The translations under genes and the position numbers were made by a program. A DNA stretch of 64,000 nucleotides from Centroscyllium fabricii (taxonomy: Eukaryota), in the NCBI GenBank assembly GCA_051313645.2, contig JBNRSN020000001.1:603198001-603262000 (forward strand), read 5' to 3'. The notes below the pieces were generated by a model. That model saw only the letters and a program-made list of their open reading frames with translations, was not told the DNA's origin and ran no database searches. Below are positions 1 through 11,875 of this stretch, piece by piece (position 1 is the first letter of the stretch; each line of letters begins with the position of its first letter).

Positions 1-267
1 GGCGCTATATAAAAGCAAATTCTTTCTTTGCGTGTGCCCATTAATTTGGATATATCTTTGGTTTTCTGATTTGGGTTTTATCCATCAATGAGGCAACGGC
101 ATCAAGAACAGACCTTTCTAAACACTAGACAAAAGCAACGTGTACAAAATGCGAGCATCAAATAGCACTGAATCGAGACTTTAAGGTGTGCAGTGCTAGA
201 GGGTGCATGGCTATTCCTGCTACAGAGTCAATCATCAAAATGACAAGAGCTAAGAAGAGACAAATAC

Positions 268-1225
268 GAGAGTGGGTACAGAGGAGGTATACAAGGATGT
301 TGCGAGGACTGGAGAATTTTAGCTGTGAGGAAAGATTGAATTGTCTGGGGTTGTTTTCTTTGGAACAGAGGAGGCTGAGGAGAGACTTAACTGAGGTGTA
401 GGCAATTATGGGGGGGTCTAGATAGAGTGGATAGGAAGCACCTATTTCCCTTATCAGTTCAATTCAATTCAATTCAATTTATTGTCATTGTAAAGTGAAC
501 ATACACAAAACAACGAAATGCAAACATGCAATCTCCCAAGATATTAAAATGTCCTTTAGTCCCAGTCTGATCCATTCCATCCCACCAGGACGACCCGGCG
601 CTGCAGCCACGATGCTCCCGGTGACCGGCCACGCAGGCCACGACGGCCTCGCAGCTCCCGGCCCCCGACGGCCTCGCAGCTCCCGGCCCCCGACGGCCTC
701 GCAGCTCCCGGCCCCCGACGGCCTCGCAGCTCCCGGCGCTCCGACCACAGCGGCTTTGGTGCGTCAACACCGGTGCTCCGATTGAGGAGCACCGGTGCTC
801 TACTCCACTGACCCCGCCGTCCTCTCCAGGAACAGTGCAGGAACCAGGGACACCATCAATCTGGGAGACGCAAAGCCGCTGCGTCTATGCGCGCCTATGC
901 GCGCCGCCATCTTGTCAGAGAGGACAATAACCAGGGATATAGATTTAAAGTAGTTGGTAGAAGGATTAGAGGGGAGTTGAGGAGTACTTTATTCACCCAG
1001 AGGGTGATAGGGGTCTGGAACTCACTGCCTGAAAGAGTGATAGAGGCAGAAATCCTTGTTGCATTTAAAAAGTACTTGAATACACACTTGAATTGCTGTA
1101 ACCTACAAGGCTACATACCTAGAGCTGGAAAGTGAGATTAGGCTGAATAGCTCTTTTTCAGCCACACAGACACGATGGGCCGAATGGCCTCCTTCTGTGC
1201 TGTAAATTTCTATGATTCTCTGATT
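268..1225 (+). mobile_element. 5'-truncated CR1 LINE 3' end, split by the insertion at 458-913
   Basis: Degenerate ORF2 C-terminus (VQRRYTRML...[15 protein letters not shown]; FTQRVIGVWNSLPERV) followed by the CR1 tail gggccgaatggcctccttctgtgctgtaa...ctatgattc. Confidence 0.88.
458..913 (-). mobile_element. Short non-autonomous retroelement with AGATGGCGGCG head, GC-rich 25-bp VNTR and TGACAATAAA-(TTGAA)n tail (copy 1)
   Basis: Head and tail are homologous to the element at 57323-58021. About four 25-bp units start at 641, 666, 691 and 716. Candidate TSD tt(a/g)tcag at 451-457 and 912-918. Confidence 0.8.
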
Positions 1226-1298
1226 GATTATATAATTAAAAGAGAGTGACTCTGTACAGTCAGCAAGCACTGGCCTCTAAAGGAATGTGGGAACATAC

Positions 1299-1391
1299 TT
1301 CTTCTCGAAGCTTGTGATCTCGAAGAGTTGGCGAGATCCCTGGGTGTTTTGCCTCCAGCAGCTCCATAAGGTTGTGGGTGGCATGAAGTCG
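1299..1391 (-). CDS. SHPRH: SHPRH internal coding exon (93 bp; RLHATHNLMELLEAKHPGISPTLRDHKLREE)
   Basis: Read by hand. Acceptor ttttccag|CGA at 1392/1391, donor GAA|gtatgt at 1299/1298, phase 0/0. Matches SHPRH RLHATHNLMELLIARHPGIPPTLRDGRLEEE. The gene continues beyond both ends of the window. Confidence 0.93.
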
Positions 1392-1526
1392 CTGGAAAAG
1401 AACATTTCAATTGATTGGTAAATGAGTAGTGCGCCTGTCGAAAATCTGCAACAACACGATCAATATGGAGCTTATACCATTCTGCAATGCAGAATTACAA
1501 GTTGCAATCCAGATTGGTCTACTTAC

Positions 1527-1615
1527 CTGTAAAGAGTCTGTTTGAAGTTTGCCTTTATGCTCCTCGGATGAACGCAGAACCTCTCTGTAATATTCAACAG
1601 CTGTTACGAACTCAC
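1527..1615 (-). CDS. SHPRH: SHPRH internal coding exon (89 bp; (G)EFVTAVEYYREVLRSSEEHKGKLQTDSLQ)
   Basis: Not in the ORF track; read by hand. Acceptor tttacag|GT at 1616/1615 (split codon G+GT = Gly), donor CAG|gtaagt at 1527/1526. Matches SHPRH GEYALAAELYREVLRSSEEHKGKLKTDSLQ. Confidence 0.93.
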
Positions 1616-1647
1616 CTGTAATATATAATAATAATAATACAGGTATC

Positions 1648-1997
1648 AGCCATGGCTCAGCAGTAGCATGCTCATTTCTGAGTCAAAAGGTTGTGGGTTC
1701 AAGTCCCACTCCAGAGACTTGAGCACCAAACCTAGGCTGACACTCTCGTGCACTGTTGGAGGTGCCGTCTTTCAGATGAGATGTTAAACGAATATTTATC
1801 CCTCAACCAACATCACTAAAAATGTTCTGGTCTTTATCACATTGCTATTTGTGGGAGCTTGCTGTGCACAAATTGGCTGTTGTGTCTCCTACATTACAAC
1901 AGTGACTACAGTTCAAAAGTATTCCATTGACTGTAAAGCGCTTTGGGAATTCCTTAGGTTGTGAAAGGTGCTGTATAAATGCATGTCCTTTCTGTTC
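1648..1997 (+). mobile_element. DeuSINE (SacSINE1/AmnSINE1-like tRNA-head SINE)
   Basis: tRNA-like head (tggctcagcagtagc...gggttcaagtccc), Deu-domain-like core (tcaaccaacatcactaaaa...tgtgggagcttgctgtgcacaaattggctg) and tail gtaaagcgctttggga...tgaaaggtgctgtataaatgca. The same tail occurs at 1-28 and 23020-23090. Confidence 0.75.
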
Positions 1998-2026
1998 TTG
2001 CTTTAATACCACAAAATATACCTGTT

Positions 2027-5000
2027 TAGAGTCATAGAGTAATACAGCACAGAAAGAGGCCCTTCGGCCCATCGTGTCCGTGCCGCCCATCAATCCCAGT
2101 CTATACCATTTTCCCGCATTTGGTCCGTAGCCTTGTATGCTGTGGCATTTCAAGTGCTCATCCAAATGCTTTTTGAATGTTGTGGGGGTTCCCGCCTCTA
2201 CCACCCTCTCAGGCAGTGAGTTCCAGACTCCAACCACCCTCTGGGTGAAAAAGTTCTTCCTCACATCCCCACGATACCTCCTGCACCTTACCCTAAAATT
2301 ATGCCCCCTAGTTATTGACCCCTCAACCAAGGGAAAAAGTTCCACTCCATCCACCTTATCTATTCCCCTCATAATTTTGTATACCTCAATCAGGTCCCCC
2401 CTCAGCCTCCTCTGCTCCAAGGAAAACAACCCCAGCCTCTCCAGTCTCTCTTCATAGCTGAGGCTCCCCAGCCCAGGCAGCATCCTGGTGAATCTCCTCT
2501 GCACCCTCTCCAAAGCTATTACATCCTTCCTATAGTGTGGCAACCAGAACTGCACACAGTACTCCAGCTGTGGTCTTACCAGCGTTTTGTACAGCTCCAT
2601 CATAACCTCCTTGCTCTTATATTCTATGGCTCGACTAATGAAGGCAAGTATCCCATATGCCTTTTTAACCACCTTATCCACCTGTCCTGCTGCCTTCAGG
2701 GACCTATGCACCTGCACACCAAGGTCCCTCTGATCCTCTGCCTTTCCTAGCGTCCTACCATTCATGGTGTATTCCCTTGCCATGTTAGACCTACCAAAAT
2801 GCATCACCTCACACTTTTCAGGATTAAATTCCATTTGCCACTGTTCCGCCCATCTGACCAACTCAACTATGTCGTCCTGCATGTTGCGGATTTCCTCCTC
2901 AGTATTTACCAACCCACCAACTTTTGTGTCATCTGCAAACCTACTGATCATGCCTTTTACATTAATATCTAAATCATTAATATAGACTACAAACAGCAAG
3001 GGTCCCAACACCGATCCCTGCGGTACCCCACTGGACACAGGCTTCCAGTCACAAAAACAACCTTCGACCATCACCCTCTGCCTCCTGTCACTAAGCCAGT
3101 TTTGGATCCACTGTGCCAAGGTGCCCTGGATCCCATGGGCTCTTACCTTCTTGACCAGTCTCCTATGCGGGACCTTATCAAAAGCCTTACTAAAATCCAT
3201 GGATACCACATCCAGTGTACTACCCTCATCCACACACCTGGTCACCCGTTCAAAAAATTCAATCAAATTAGTCAGACACGATCTTCCCTTGACGAAGCCA
3301 TGCTGACTATCCTTAATTAATCCTTGCCTCTCCAAGTGGAGACTAATTTTGTCCCTCAGGATTCTATCTAGTAATTTCCCCACCACTGATGTCAGCTCAC
3401 CGGCCTGTAATTCCGTGGTTTCTCCCTGCTACCTTTCTTGAATAATGGCACTACATTGGCCATTCTCCAGTCCTCCGGCACATCCCCTGTGGCCAGAGAG
3501 GTTCTGAAAATTTGTGTCAGAGCCCCTGCAATCTCTTCCTTAGCCTCACCCAGCAGCCTGGGATACATCTCGTCAGGGCCTGGAGACTTATCCACTTTTA
3601 AGCCTGCTAAAACCGCTAGTACCTCCTCCCTGTCAATACTAATATGATCAAGTGTATCGCATTCCTCCTGTCTTATTTCAATGTCCACATCGCCCTTCTC
3701 CACAGTGAACACAGATGCAAAACATTCATTCAAAACCCCACCTACATCCTCTGGCTCTACAGAGATTCCCACTTTGGTCCCTAATGGGCCCCACCCTTTC
3801 CCTCGTTATCCTCTTGCCCTTAATATATTTATAAACCATCTTAGGATTTTCCTTTATTTTGCCCTCCAGGGTTATCTCATGGCCCCTCCTCGCTCTCCTA
3901 ATTTCTTTTTTAAGTAACCCCCTGCACCTTCTATACTCCTCTAGAGCCTCCTCTGTCTTTAGTTCTTTATGTCTGCCAAAAGCCCCCCTTTTTTTCCGAA
4001 TCAATTCACGTATATCCCTTGACATCTAAGGTTCCCTGGGCTTATTGGTCCCACCCTTGACCTTAAGGGGAACATGTTTCCCTTGCACTTTCTCAATTTC
4101 CTTTCTGAACGCCTCCCACTGTTCTGATGCGGACTTTCCATTGAGTAGCTGGTCCCAGTCCACTTGGGCCAGCTCCAGCCTGATCATATTAAAATCGGCC
4201 TTGCCCCAATTTAGAACCTTTATTTCTGGTCCATCGTTGCCCTTTTCCATTACTACCTTAAATATTACCGAATTATGGTCACTGTCCCCAAAGTGCTCTG
4301 CTATTGACACTTCTTCCACTTGCCCGTCCTCATTTCCCAGAATTAAGTCTAATATCGCCCCCTCCCTTGTAGGACTTCCTACATACTGGCTCAAAAAGCT
4401 CTCCTGGATGCACTTTACGAATTCTGCACCCTCTAAGCCCTTCACACTTTGGCTATCCCAGTCAATATTGGGAAAGTTGAAATCCCCTACTATTACTACC
4501 CTGTTATTTCCACACTTCTCCGAGATTTGCCTGCAAATCTGTTCCTCTATTTCCCTCTGACTGTTTGGGGGTCTGTAGTATACTCCCAGTAATGTGCTTG
4601 CCCCCTTCTAATTTTGAAGTTCCACGCAAATAGCCTCATTAGAGGACCCTGCCAATATATCACCCATTCTAACAGCAGTAATTGACTCCTTAATTAATAT
4701 CGCGACACCCCCTCCTCTTTTCCCCCCCTCCCTGTCTTGCCTGAAGATTCTATACCCCGGAATATTGAGCTGCCATTCCCGCCCCTCCCTCAACCATGTC
4801 TCTGGAATGGCAACAATATCATATTCCCATGTGCTTAACAATACCTTCAATTCATCCCCCTTATTCGCCAGACTCCTTGCATTAAAATAAATGCCATTTA
4901 ACCTTGCCCTACCCCCTTGTGCCGAGACATATTTGCTCTGCCTTCTAAGCTGACTTATTTTTTCCTCTACATTTGTCTGCACATGACCCCCTATTTTTGC

Positions 5001-6779
5001 TCCCCTCTGTATCCCATCCCCCTGCCAAGTTAGTTTAAACCACCCCCAACAGTGCTAGCAAACCTCCCCGCAAGGATATTGGTCCCTTTCTGGTTAAGGT
5101 GGAAACCGTCCGACTTGTACAAGTCCCACCTTCCCCAGAAGCGGTCCCAATGATCCAGGAAACTAAAGCCCTCCCTCCTACACCAACTCTTCAGCCACGC
5201 ATTAAGCTGCTCTATCCTTCTATTCCTATACTCACTAGCTCGTGGCACAGGGAGTAATCCAGAGATTACAACCTTTGAGGTCCTGCTCCTTAATCCTCTA
5301 CCTAGCTCCCTCAATTCCTGCTGCAGGACCTCATCTCCCTTTTTACCTATTTCGTTGGTTCCAATGTGAACCACGACCTCTGACTGGTTGCCCTCCCCCT
5401 CCAGGATGCCCTGCAGCCGTTGAGTGACATCCTTGACCCTGGCCCCAGGGAGGCAACAAACCATCCTGGAGTCACGTCTACGGCCACAGAAACGCCTATC
5501 TGCTCCCCTTACAATAGAGTCCCCTACCACTATTGCTCTCCCACTCTTTTTCCTCCCATGCTGAACAGCAGAAACACCCCCGGTGCCAGGAAGTTGGCTG
5601 CTGATGTCTTCCCCTGGAAAGTCATCCCCCCCAACAGTATCCAAAACGGTATACTTGTTTGCGAGGGGGATGCCCACAGGGGTCCCCTGCTCTACCTGCC
5701 TACTTCTATCACTCCTCCTGATGGTCACCCATTTCCCTTCTGCCTGTACACCCTTAGCCTGCGGTGTGACCAGTTCACTATACGTGCTATCCACGAGCTT
5801 CTCAGCATCGCGAATGCTCCAAAACTCATCCACCCTCAGCTCCAGCGCCTCAATGCGGCTTGTCAGGTGCTGAAGGTGGATGCATTTCCCGCACACATGT
5901 TCGTCAGGGACCTCAGCAGTGTCCCTGACTTCCCACATGCAGCAGGAGGAGCAGATCACGGGTCTGTGCTCACCTGACATGACTTCCCTTTGTATTAATT
6001 TACACTAATTTAAACCACCAATTAAACACTAGGGCGCTTGTACGGCAAAGGTCCCCGCTAAACCACAGAGATCCAAGAAAATACAAGCCTCCCAAATCAA
6101 ATCACTCTCACGAATTTACACTCTAGTTAGTGATCTATTTAAGGCCCTGTTTTTCTAACAGACTCCGCTATACCACAGGGACCCTAGAAACTTAAAAAAA
6201 CACCGAAATTTATGTTTTATAAAAGGAAAGAGAAATAGAAGAGATAAATACTTACCAACCAATCACTTACCCGCCTGTTGGTGACATCACACTTCGATTT
6301 TTTTTACCTCGCTTCCCGCTACTGAGTCGGTTTTAGTCCCAAGGGCCGCTCTCCTCTCCGCTCCGGGCCTCGGCTGCTGCTGGCGCCAACTCTCCCGCTT
6401 TAAGTACCTCCTCCTCGGGGTAACTCACCCAGGGCCGCTCTCCTCTCCGCTCCCGGGTGTTCTTATATTCACTCTAACCCTATAGGTTAGAGGAGGTGGA
6501 AGGGTGGGAGACACTACAAGTGTAGTGCCTCGGGTTTAGCAACTGGCCAACTTATATACAGGTACCAATTAGAGGGCCACGCCCCCTACCTGCTTAAGTA
6601 GCCTACTGATTCGACTCCTCTGCAAAAAAGCCCGCGAAATATCTGGGCGCTCTGCTGCTGCTGAGTCGGCTTTTAAAAAAGCCCGCGCTGGCTCAGCTCT
6701 CCTGCAAAAAGAAAGGTCAGCTCCCCTGTAAAAAAAAGATACCTGCGCTGCCGCTCCGCTGCTCCCCACCTCAGGTAAG
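2027..6779 (-). mobile_element. Near full-length CR1 LINE (5' UTR, intact ORF1, disrupted EN-RT ORF2)
   Basis: ORF2 is in fragments 4982-4608, 4445-4026, 4025-3726, 3772-3392 and 3386-~2090. Motifs include the APE endonuclease (YFNARSL, ETWL, GDFN, GDSDHN) and RT (DFSKAFDKV, GVPQGSVLGP, FADDTK). Tail ctatgactct near 2027. The 5' boundary is approximate. Confidence 0.92.
5030..5980 (-). CDS. CR1 ORF1 protein (zinc finger / leucine zipper plus SGNH esterase-like domain), 316 aa, uninterrupted
   Basis: N-terminal CSSC...CGKC and heptad LTSRIEALELRV. GDSIVRG, HIGTNE and DGFHLN motifs are typical of esterase-type CR1 ORF1. Confidence 0.85.
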   Translation of the reverse strand: MSGEHRPVICSSCCMWEVRDTAEVPDEHVCGKCIHLQHLTSRIEALELRVDEFWSIRDAEKLVDSTYSELVTPQAKGVQAEGKWVTIRRSDRSRQVEQGTPVGIPLANKYTVLDTVGGDDFPGEDISSQLPGTGGVSAVQHGRKKSGRAIVVGDSIVRGADRRFCGRRRDSRMVCCLPGARVKDVTQRLQGILEGEGNQSEVVVHIGTNEIGKKGDEVLQQELRELGRGLRSRTSKVVISGLLPVPRASEYRNRRIEQLNAWLKSWCRREGFSFLDHWDRFWGRWDLYKSDGFHLNQKGTNILAGRFASTVGGGLN

Positions 6780-7240
6780 TACCTGATTTAATTTGAGACA
6801 AAGTCCACCTATATGTATAATTAAAAGTTACAGTACCACAACAGATCTATAGGCAAGACAGAGCTCCATTTAGCAAGAAAACTTGATTGTCTCAAACATT
6901 GTATGGATACAAAAAAAATGAACTCACCAAATCACTAATAACGGAAAGAACTTAATTGACTCAAACAACACGAAGAAGATCGGAAAAATCTACTGATTAG
7001 GAACCACCAGTCACCAGAAAGCAATCAATCAAATCAGTATTGGAAATTGCTTGCAGTGGCTATCTTGGTTTCACTCCAAACCCCATCATATACCCTTAAA
7101 GTTTATAAATAACTTTTTAAAAAGACATTCTTGGGGGAAAATAACTAAAATCGCCCCTAAGAAAATGCCTAAACATACCTAAATAAACGTTAACGGTACA
7201 CATAGACAAATATTAAAAACTGTCACTAATTTCCCGTGTA

Positions 7241-7355
7241 TAGAAACATAGAAACATAGAAGATAGGAGCAGGAGTAGGCCATTCGGCCCTTCGAATGAG
7301 ATCATGGCTGATCATCCAAACCCCGCCCCTGCCCACTCCCCATATCCCTATCGAG
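7241..7355 (-). mobile_element. 3' tail fragment of HE1-type SINE / CR1 LINE
   Basis: tagaaacatagaaacatagaagataggagcaggagtaggccattcggccc... is the reverse complement of the tail shared by the SINEs and CR1s in this window. Confidence 0.75.
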
Positions 7356-7564
7356 TATAGTTCACATCTCGGTCTGCAGCTTAGAGGCTCTAGTTCTGTT
7401 CCATTCTGAAATCTTCCAGACTTTCCCTTTAACTTAATGATATTTCCTGATCTCTGTGCGTGCCCCATGGTCAGTGCCTTGGTTCTTTCCTTTGGGCCTT
7501 TCTGTGGCATTTAAGTATCATTTTGCACCCGCAACACAAGTAAGATGTAGTTAAAATATTTCAA

Positions 7565-10174
7565 ATTCAGTTAGTGTATTCGCATTCAGTTAGTGTATTC
7601 GGATTGCGTTACTGTATTCAGATTCAGTTAGTGTATTCGTGATTCAGTTACTGTATTCATGATTCAGTTATTAATGTATTCAGATTGAGTTAGCATATTC
7701 AGATTCAATTACTGTATTAGGATTCAGTTAGTGTATTCATTTCAGTTAGTGTATTCTATTGAGTTACTGCATTCGTGATTCAGTTAGTGTATACTGTTCA
7801 GTTAGTGTATTCGTGATTCAGTTAATGTATTCGGATTGAGTCAGTGTATTCGGATTCAGTTACTGTATTAGGATTCAGTTAGTGTATTCATTTCAGTTAG
7901 TGTATTCTATTCATTAGTGTATTCGTGATTCAGTTACTGTATTTGTGATTCAGTTAATGTATTCGGATTCAGTTAATGTATTCGGATTCAGTTAGTGTAT
8001 TCGGATTGAGTTACTGTATTCGTGATTCAGTTAGTGTATTCTATACAGTTAGTGCATTCTATACAGTTAGTGTAGTCCGATTGAGTTAGTGTATTCTATT
8101 CAGTTAGCGTATTCTTGACTCAGTTAATGTATTCGGATTCAGTTAGTGTATTCGGATTCATTGAGTGTATTCGGATTCAGTTAGGGTATTATATTCAGTT
8201 AGTGTATTCTATTCAGTTAGTGTATTCTATTCAGTTAGCGTATTCTTGACTCAGTTAATGTATTCCGATTCAGTTAGCGTATTCTTGACTCAGTTAATGT
8301 ATTCGGATTCATTTAGTGCATTCGGATTCAGTTAGTGTATTATACTCAGTTAGTGTATTCTATACAGTTAGTGTATTCTATACAGTTAGTATATTCTATT
8401 CAGTTAGTGTATTTGTGACTCAGTTAATGTATTTGGATTCAGTTAGTGTATTCAGATTGAGTTAGTGTATTCTATACAATTAGTATATTCTATACAATTA
8501 GTATATTCTATACAATTAGTGTAGTCGGATTGAGTTAGTGTATTCTATTCAGTTAGTGTAGTTGGATTGAGTTAGTGTATTCTATTCAGTTAATGTATTC
8601 AGATTGAGTTAGTGTATTCTATACAGTTAGTATATTCTATACAATTAGTGGAGTCAGACTGAGTTAGTGTATTCTATTCAGTTAGTGTATTCGTGACTCA
8701 GTTAATGTATTTGTGATTCAGTTACTGTATTTGTGATTCAGTTAGTGTATTCCGACTCAGTTAGTGTATTCATGACTCAGTTAATGTATTTGGATTCAGC
8801 TAGTGTATTCAGATTCAGTCAGTCAATGTATTCGGATTCAGTTGCTGTATTCAGATTCAGTTGCTGTATTATAATTCAGTTAGTGTATTCGGATTCAGTT
8901 AGTGTATTATATTCAGTTAGTTTATCATATTCAGTCTGTGTATTCTATACAGTTAGTGTATTCTATTCAGTTAGTGTATTCGGATTCAGTTACTGTATTT
9001 GTGATTCAGTTACTGTATTCAGATTCAGTTAGTCTATTTGTGATACAGTTGGTGTATTCTATTCAGTTAGTGTATTCTATTCAGTTAGTGTATTCTATAC
9101 AGTTAATGTATTCTATTCAGTTAGTGTATTCTATTCAGTTCGTGTATTAAGATTCAGTTAATGTATTCGTGATTCAGTTAATCTATTCGTGATTCAGTTA
9201 ATGTATTCATGATTCAGTTAATGTATTTGGATTCAGTTAGTGTATTCTATACAGTTAGTGTATTCAGATTGGGTTAGTGTATTCAGATTGGTTAGTGTAT
9301 TCTATACAGTTAGTGTATTCTATACAGTTAGTGTATTCTATACAGTTAGTGTAGTTGGATTGAGTTAGTATATTCTATTCAGTTAGTGTATTTGTGACTC
9401 AGTTAATGTATTCGGATTCAGTTCGTGTATTCAGATTGAGTTAGTGTATTCGGATTCAGTTAGTATATTTTATTCAGTTAGTGTATTCTATTCAGTTAGT
9501 GTATTCAGATTGAGTTACTGTATTCGGATTCAGTTAGTATATTTTATTCAGTTAGTGTATTCTATTCAGTTAGTGTATTCTATACAGTTAGTGTAGTCGG
9601 ATTGAGTTAGTGTATTCTATTCAGTTAGTGTATTTGTGACTCAGTTAATGTATTCGGATTCAGTTAGTGTATTAAGATTGAGTTACTGTATTTGGATTCA
9701 GTTAGTATATTCTATTCAGTTAGTGTATTCTATTCAGTTAGTGTATTCTTTGCAGTTAGTGTATTCTATACAGTTAGTGTAGTCGGATTGAGTTAGTGTA
9801 TTACACAGAACATAGAACATACAGCACTGTACAGGCCCTTGGGCCCTCAATGTAGTGCCGCCCTTAGTCTGTCTCTGATTTTTCCTGTCCCCACTACTGT
9901 TCCTTCCCCTCCATGTACCTGTCTATCATCCTTTTAAAAGCACCCAGACTGTCCGCATCCACTATTTCAGATGGTAGCCTATTCCATTCCCCGACCACTC
10001 TCTGTGTAAAGAACTTGCCCCTTCCATCCCTTCTGAATCTTCCTCCTTGAATCTTGTATTCTATACAGTTAGTGTACTCAATACAGTTAGTGTATTATAT
10101 TTAGTTAGTGTATTCAGATTCAGTTAGTGTATTCGGATTCAGTTTGTGTATTCAGATTGAGTTAGTGTATTTGT
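7565..10174. repeat. Minisatellite, 18-20 bp unit TTCAGTTAGTGTATTC(TA/GGA/GTGA), left part
   Basis: Tandem degenerate units are directly visible; interrupted by a CR1 tail at ~9803-10055. Confidence 0.95.
9803..10055 (-). mobile_element. CR1 LINE 3' fragment inserted in the minisatellite
   Basis: agaacatagaacatacagcactgtacaggccc tail, plus ttccattccccgaccactctctgtgtaaagaac (FFTQRVVGEWN on the minus strand). Confidence 0.75.
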
Positions 10175-11875
10175 TTCACATTTACTGTTACTGTTTAAAA
10201 TCTAAATTTCCCAGCTTTAAACAGGGTTATAAAACAATATACAATGCCAACAATTCAGAGCAGCTGAAGGCAGTTAATTAGGGAAACTAGATTAAACTGG
10301 TTCTCCTGTAGCTGGGCTCAGCAAGTCTCCTTTGTTTCAGAGCCTATAAAAACAGGCTTTAAAGGGAAGTAAGGTCCCTAGTGTATTTAATATTATTTAA
10401 TTTAAAGGAAGTAAAGGGTGTAAATTAAGGGTAGGGCATGGCAGGACAGCTCTGCACCGTGGAGTGCTCCCCCTGTGCTATGTGGGAAGTCAGGGACACT
10501 TTTGGTGTCCAGGGTGAACACGTGCAGGAAGTGTCTCCAGCTGCAGCTACTCGAAATCCACGTTTCGGAGCTGGAGTCACTGTAGAGCATGCGCGAAGCT
10601 GAGATCTTCGTGGATAGCACGTTTAACGAGGAGGTCACACTGCAGGTAAAGAGTGCACAGGCAGACAGGAAATGGGTGACCACCAGACAGAATAAAAGAA
10701 CTAGGAAGGTAGTGCAGGAGTCCCCTGGGTCCATCTCTCTCTCCAACAGATTTTCCATTTTAGATACTGCTGGAGGAGATGGTTTATCAGGGGAATGCAG
10801 CAAGAGCCAAGTCCGTGGCACTATGAGTGGCTCAGCTGCACAGGAGGGGAGGAAAATGAGTGGGAGAGCAATAGTATTCTATCGTAAGGGGAACAGATAG
10901 ACATTTCTGTGGCCGCAGATGTGACTCCAGGATGGTATGTTGCCTCCCTGGTGCCAGGGTCAAGGATGTCACTGAACAGCTGCAGGGCATTCTGAAGGGG
11001 GAGAGTGAACAGTCAGAGGTCATGGTTCACATTGGTACCAACGACATGGGTAGAAAGAGGGATGAGGTCCTGCAACAAGAATTTAGGGAGCTAGGTAGCA
11101 CATTAAAAAGCAGGACCTCAAAGGTTGTAATCTCTGGATTACTCCCGGTGCCACGAGCTAGTGAGTATAGGAATTGGAGGATAGAGCAGTGGTTAAAGAG
11201 TTGGTGCAGGAGGGAGGGCTTTAGCTTCCTGGATCACTGGGTCTGCTTCTGGGGAAGGCGGGGCCTGTACAAGTCTTGGGGGTTGCACCTGAATCGGAAC
11301 GGGACCAACATCCTTGCGGTTTGCTGGTACTGTTGGGGGGGGGGGTTAAACGAACTTGGCGGGGAATGGGATACGGAGTGGAGCTATAGTAAGGGGTGAT
11401 GCACAGCCAAATATAAAGGAAAAAACAAGTCAGCCTGGAAGGCAGAGCAAATATGTAATGGCACAAGGGAGTATGGCAAGGCTGGATGGCATTTATTTTA
11501 ATGCAAGGAATCTTGCGAGTAAGACAGATGAACTGAAGTTGTTGATGAACACATGGGAGTATGATACTGTTGCTATCATAGAGACATGGTTGAGGGAGGG
11601 GCAGGACTAGCAGCTCAATATTTCAGGGTATAGAATCTTCAGGCGAGACAGAGGGAGGTGAAAAGAGGAGGGGGTGTCGCAAAATTAATCAAGGAGTCAA
11701 TTACTGCTGTAAGGAGGGATGATATCTTAGCAGGTTCTTCTAATGAGGCCATATGGGTAGAACTTAAAAACAAAAAGGGTGCAAGCACTTTGCTGGGAGT
11801 GTACTATAGGCCCCCAAACAGTTAGGGGAGATAGAGGAACTGATATGTAGGCAAATCTCAGAGAAGTGTAGAAAT

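Noticed and set aside
1845-3386. 513-aa reverse transcriptase ORF as a functional stand-alone RT
   Set aside because: It is the downstream part of a frameshifted CR1 ORF2, separated from its endonuclease and running on through the tail into flanking DNA.
8733-9150. ORFs with IQLVYS / YSDSVSV repeats
   Set aside because: Translation artefacts of the 18-20 bp minisatellite.
7565-10174. Interstitial telomeric repeat (GTTAG core)
   Set aside because: The period is 18-20 bp and TTAGGG is essentially absent.
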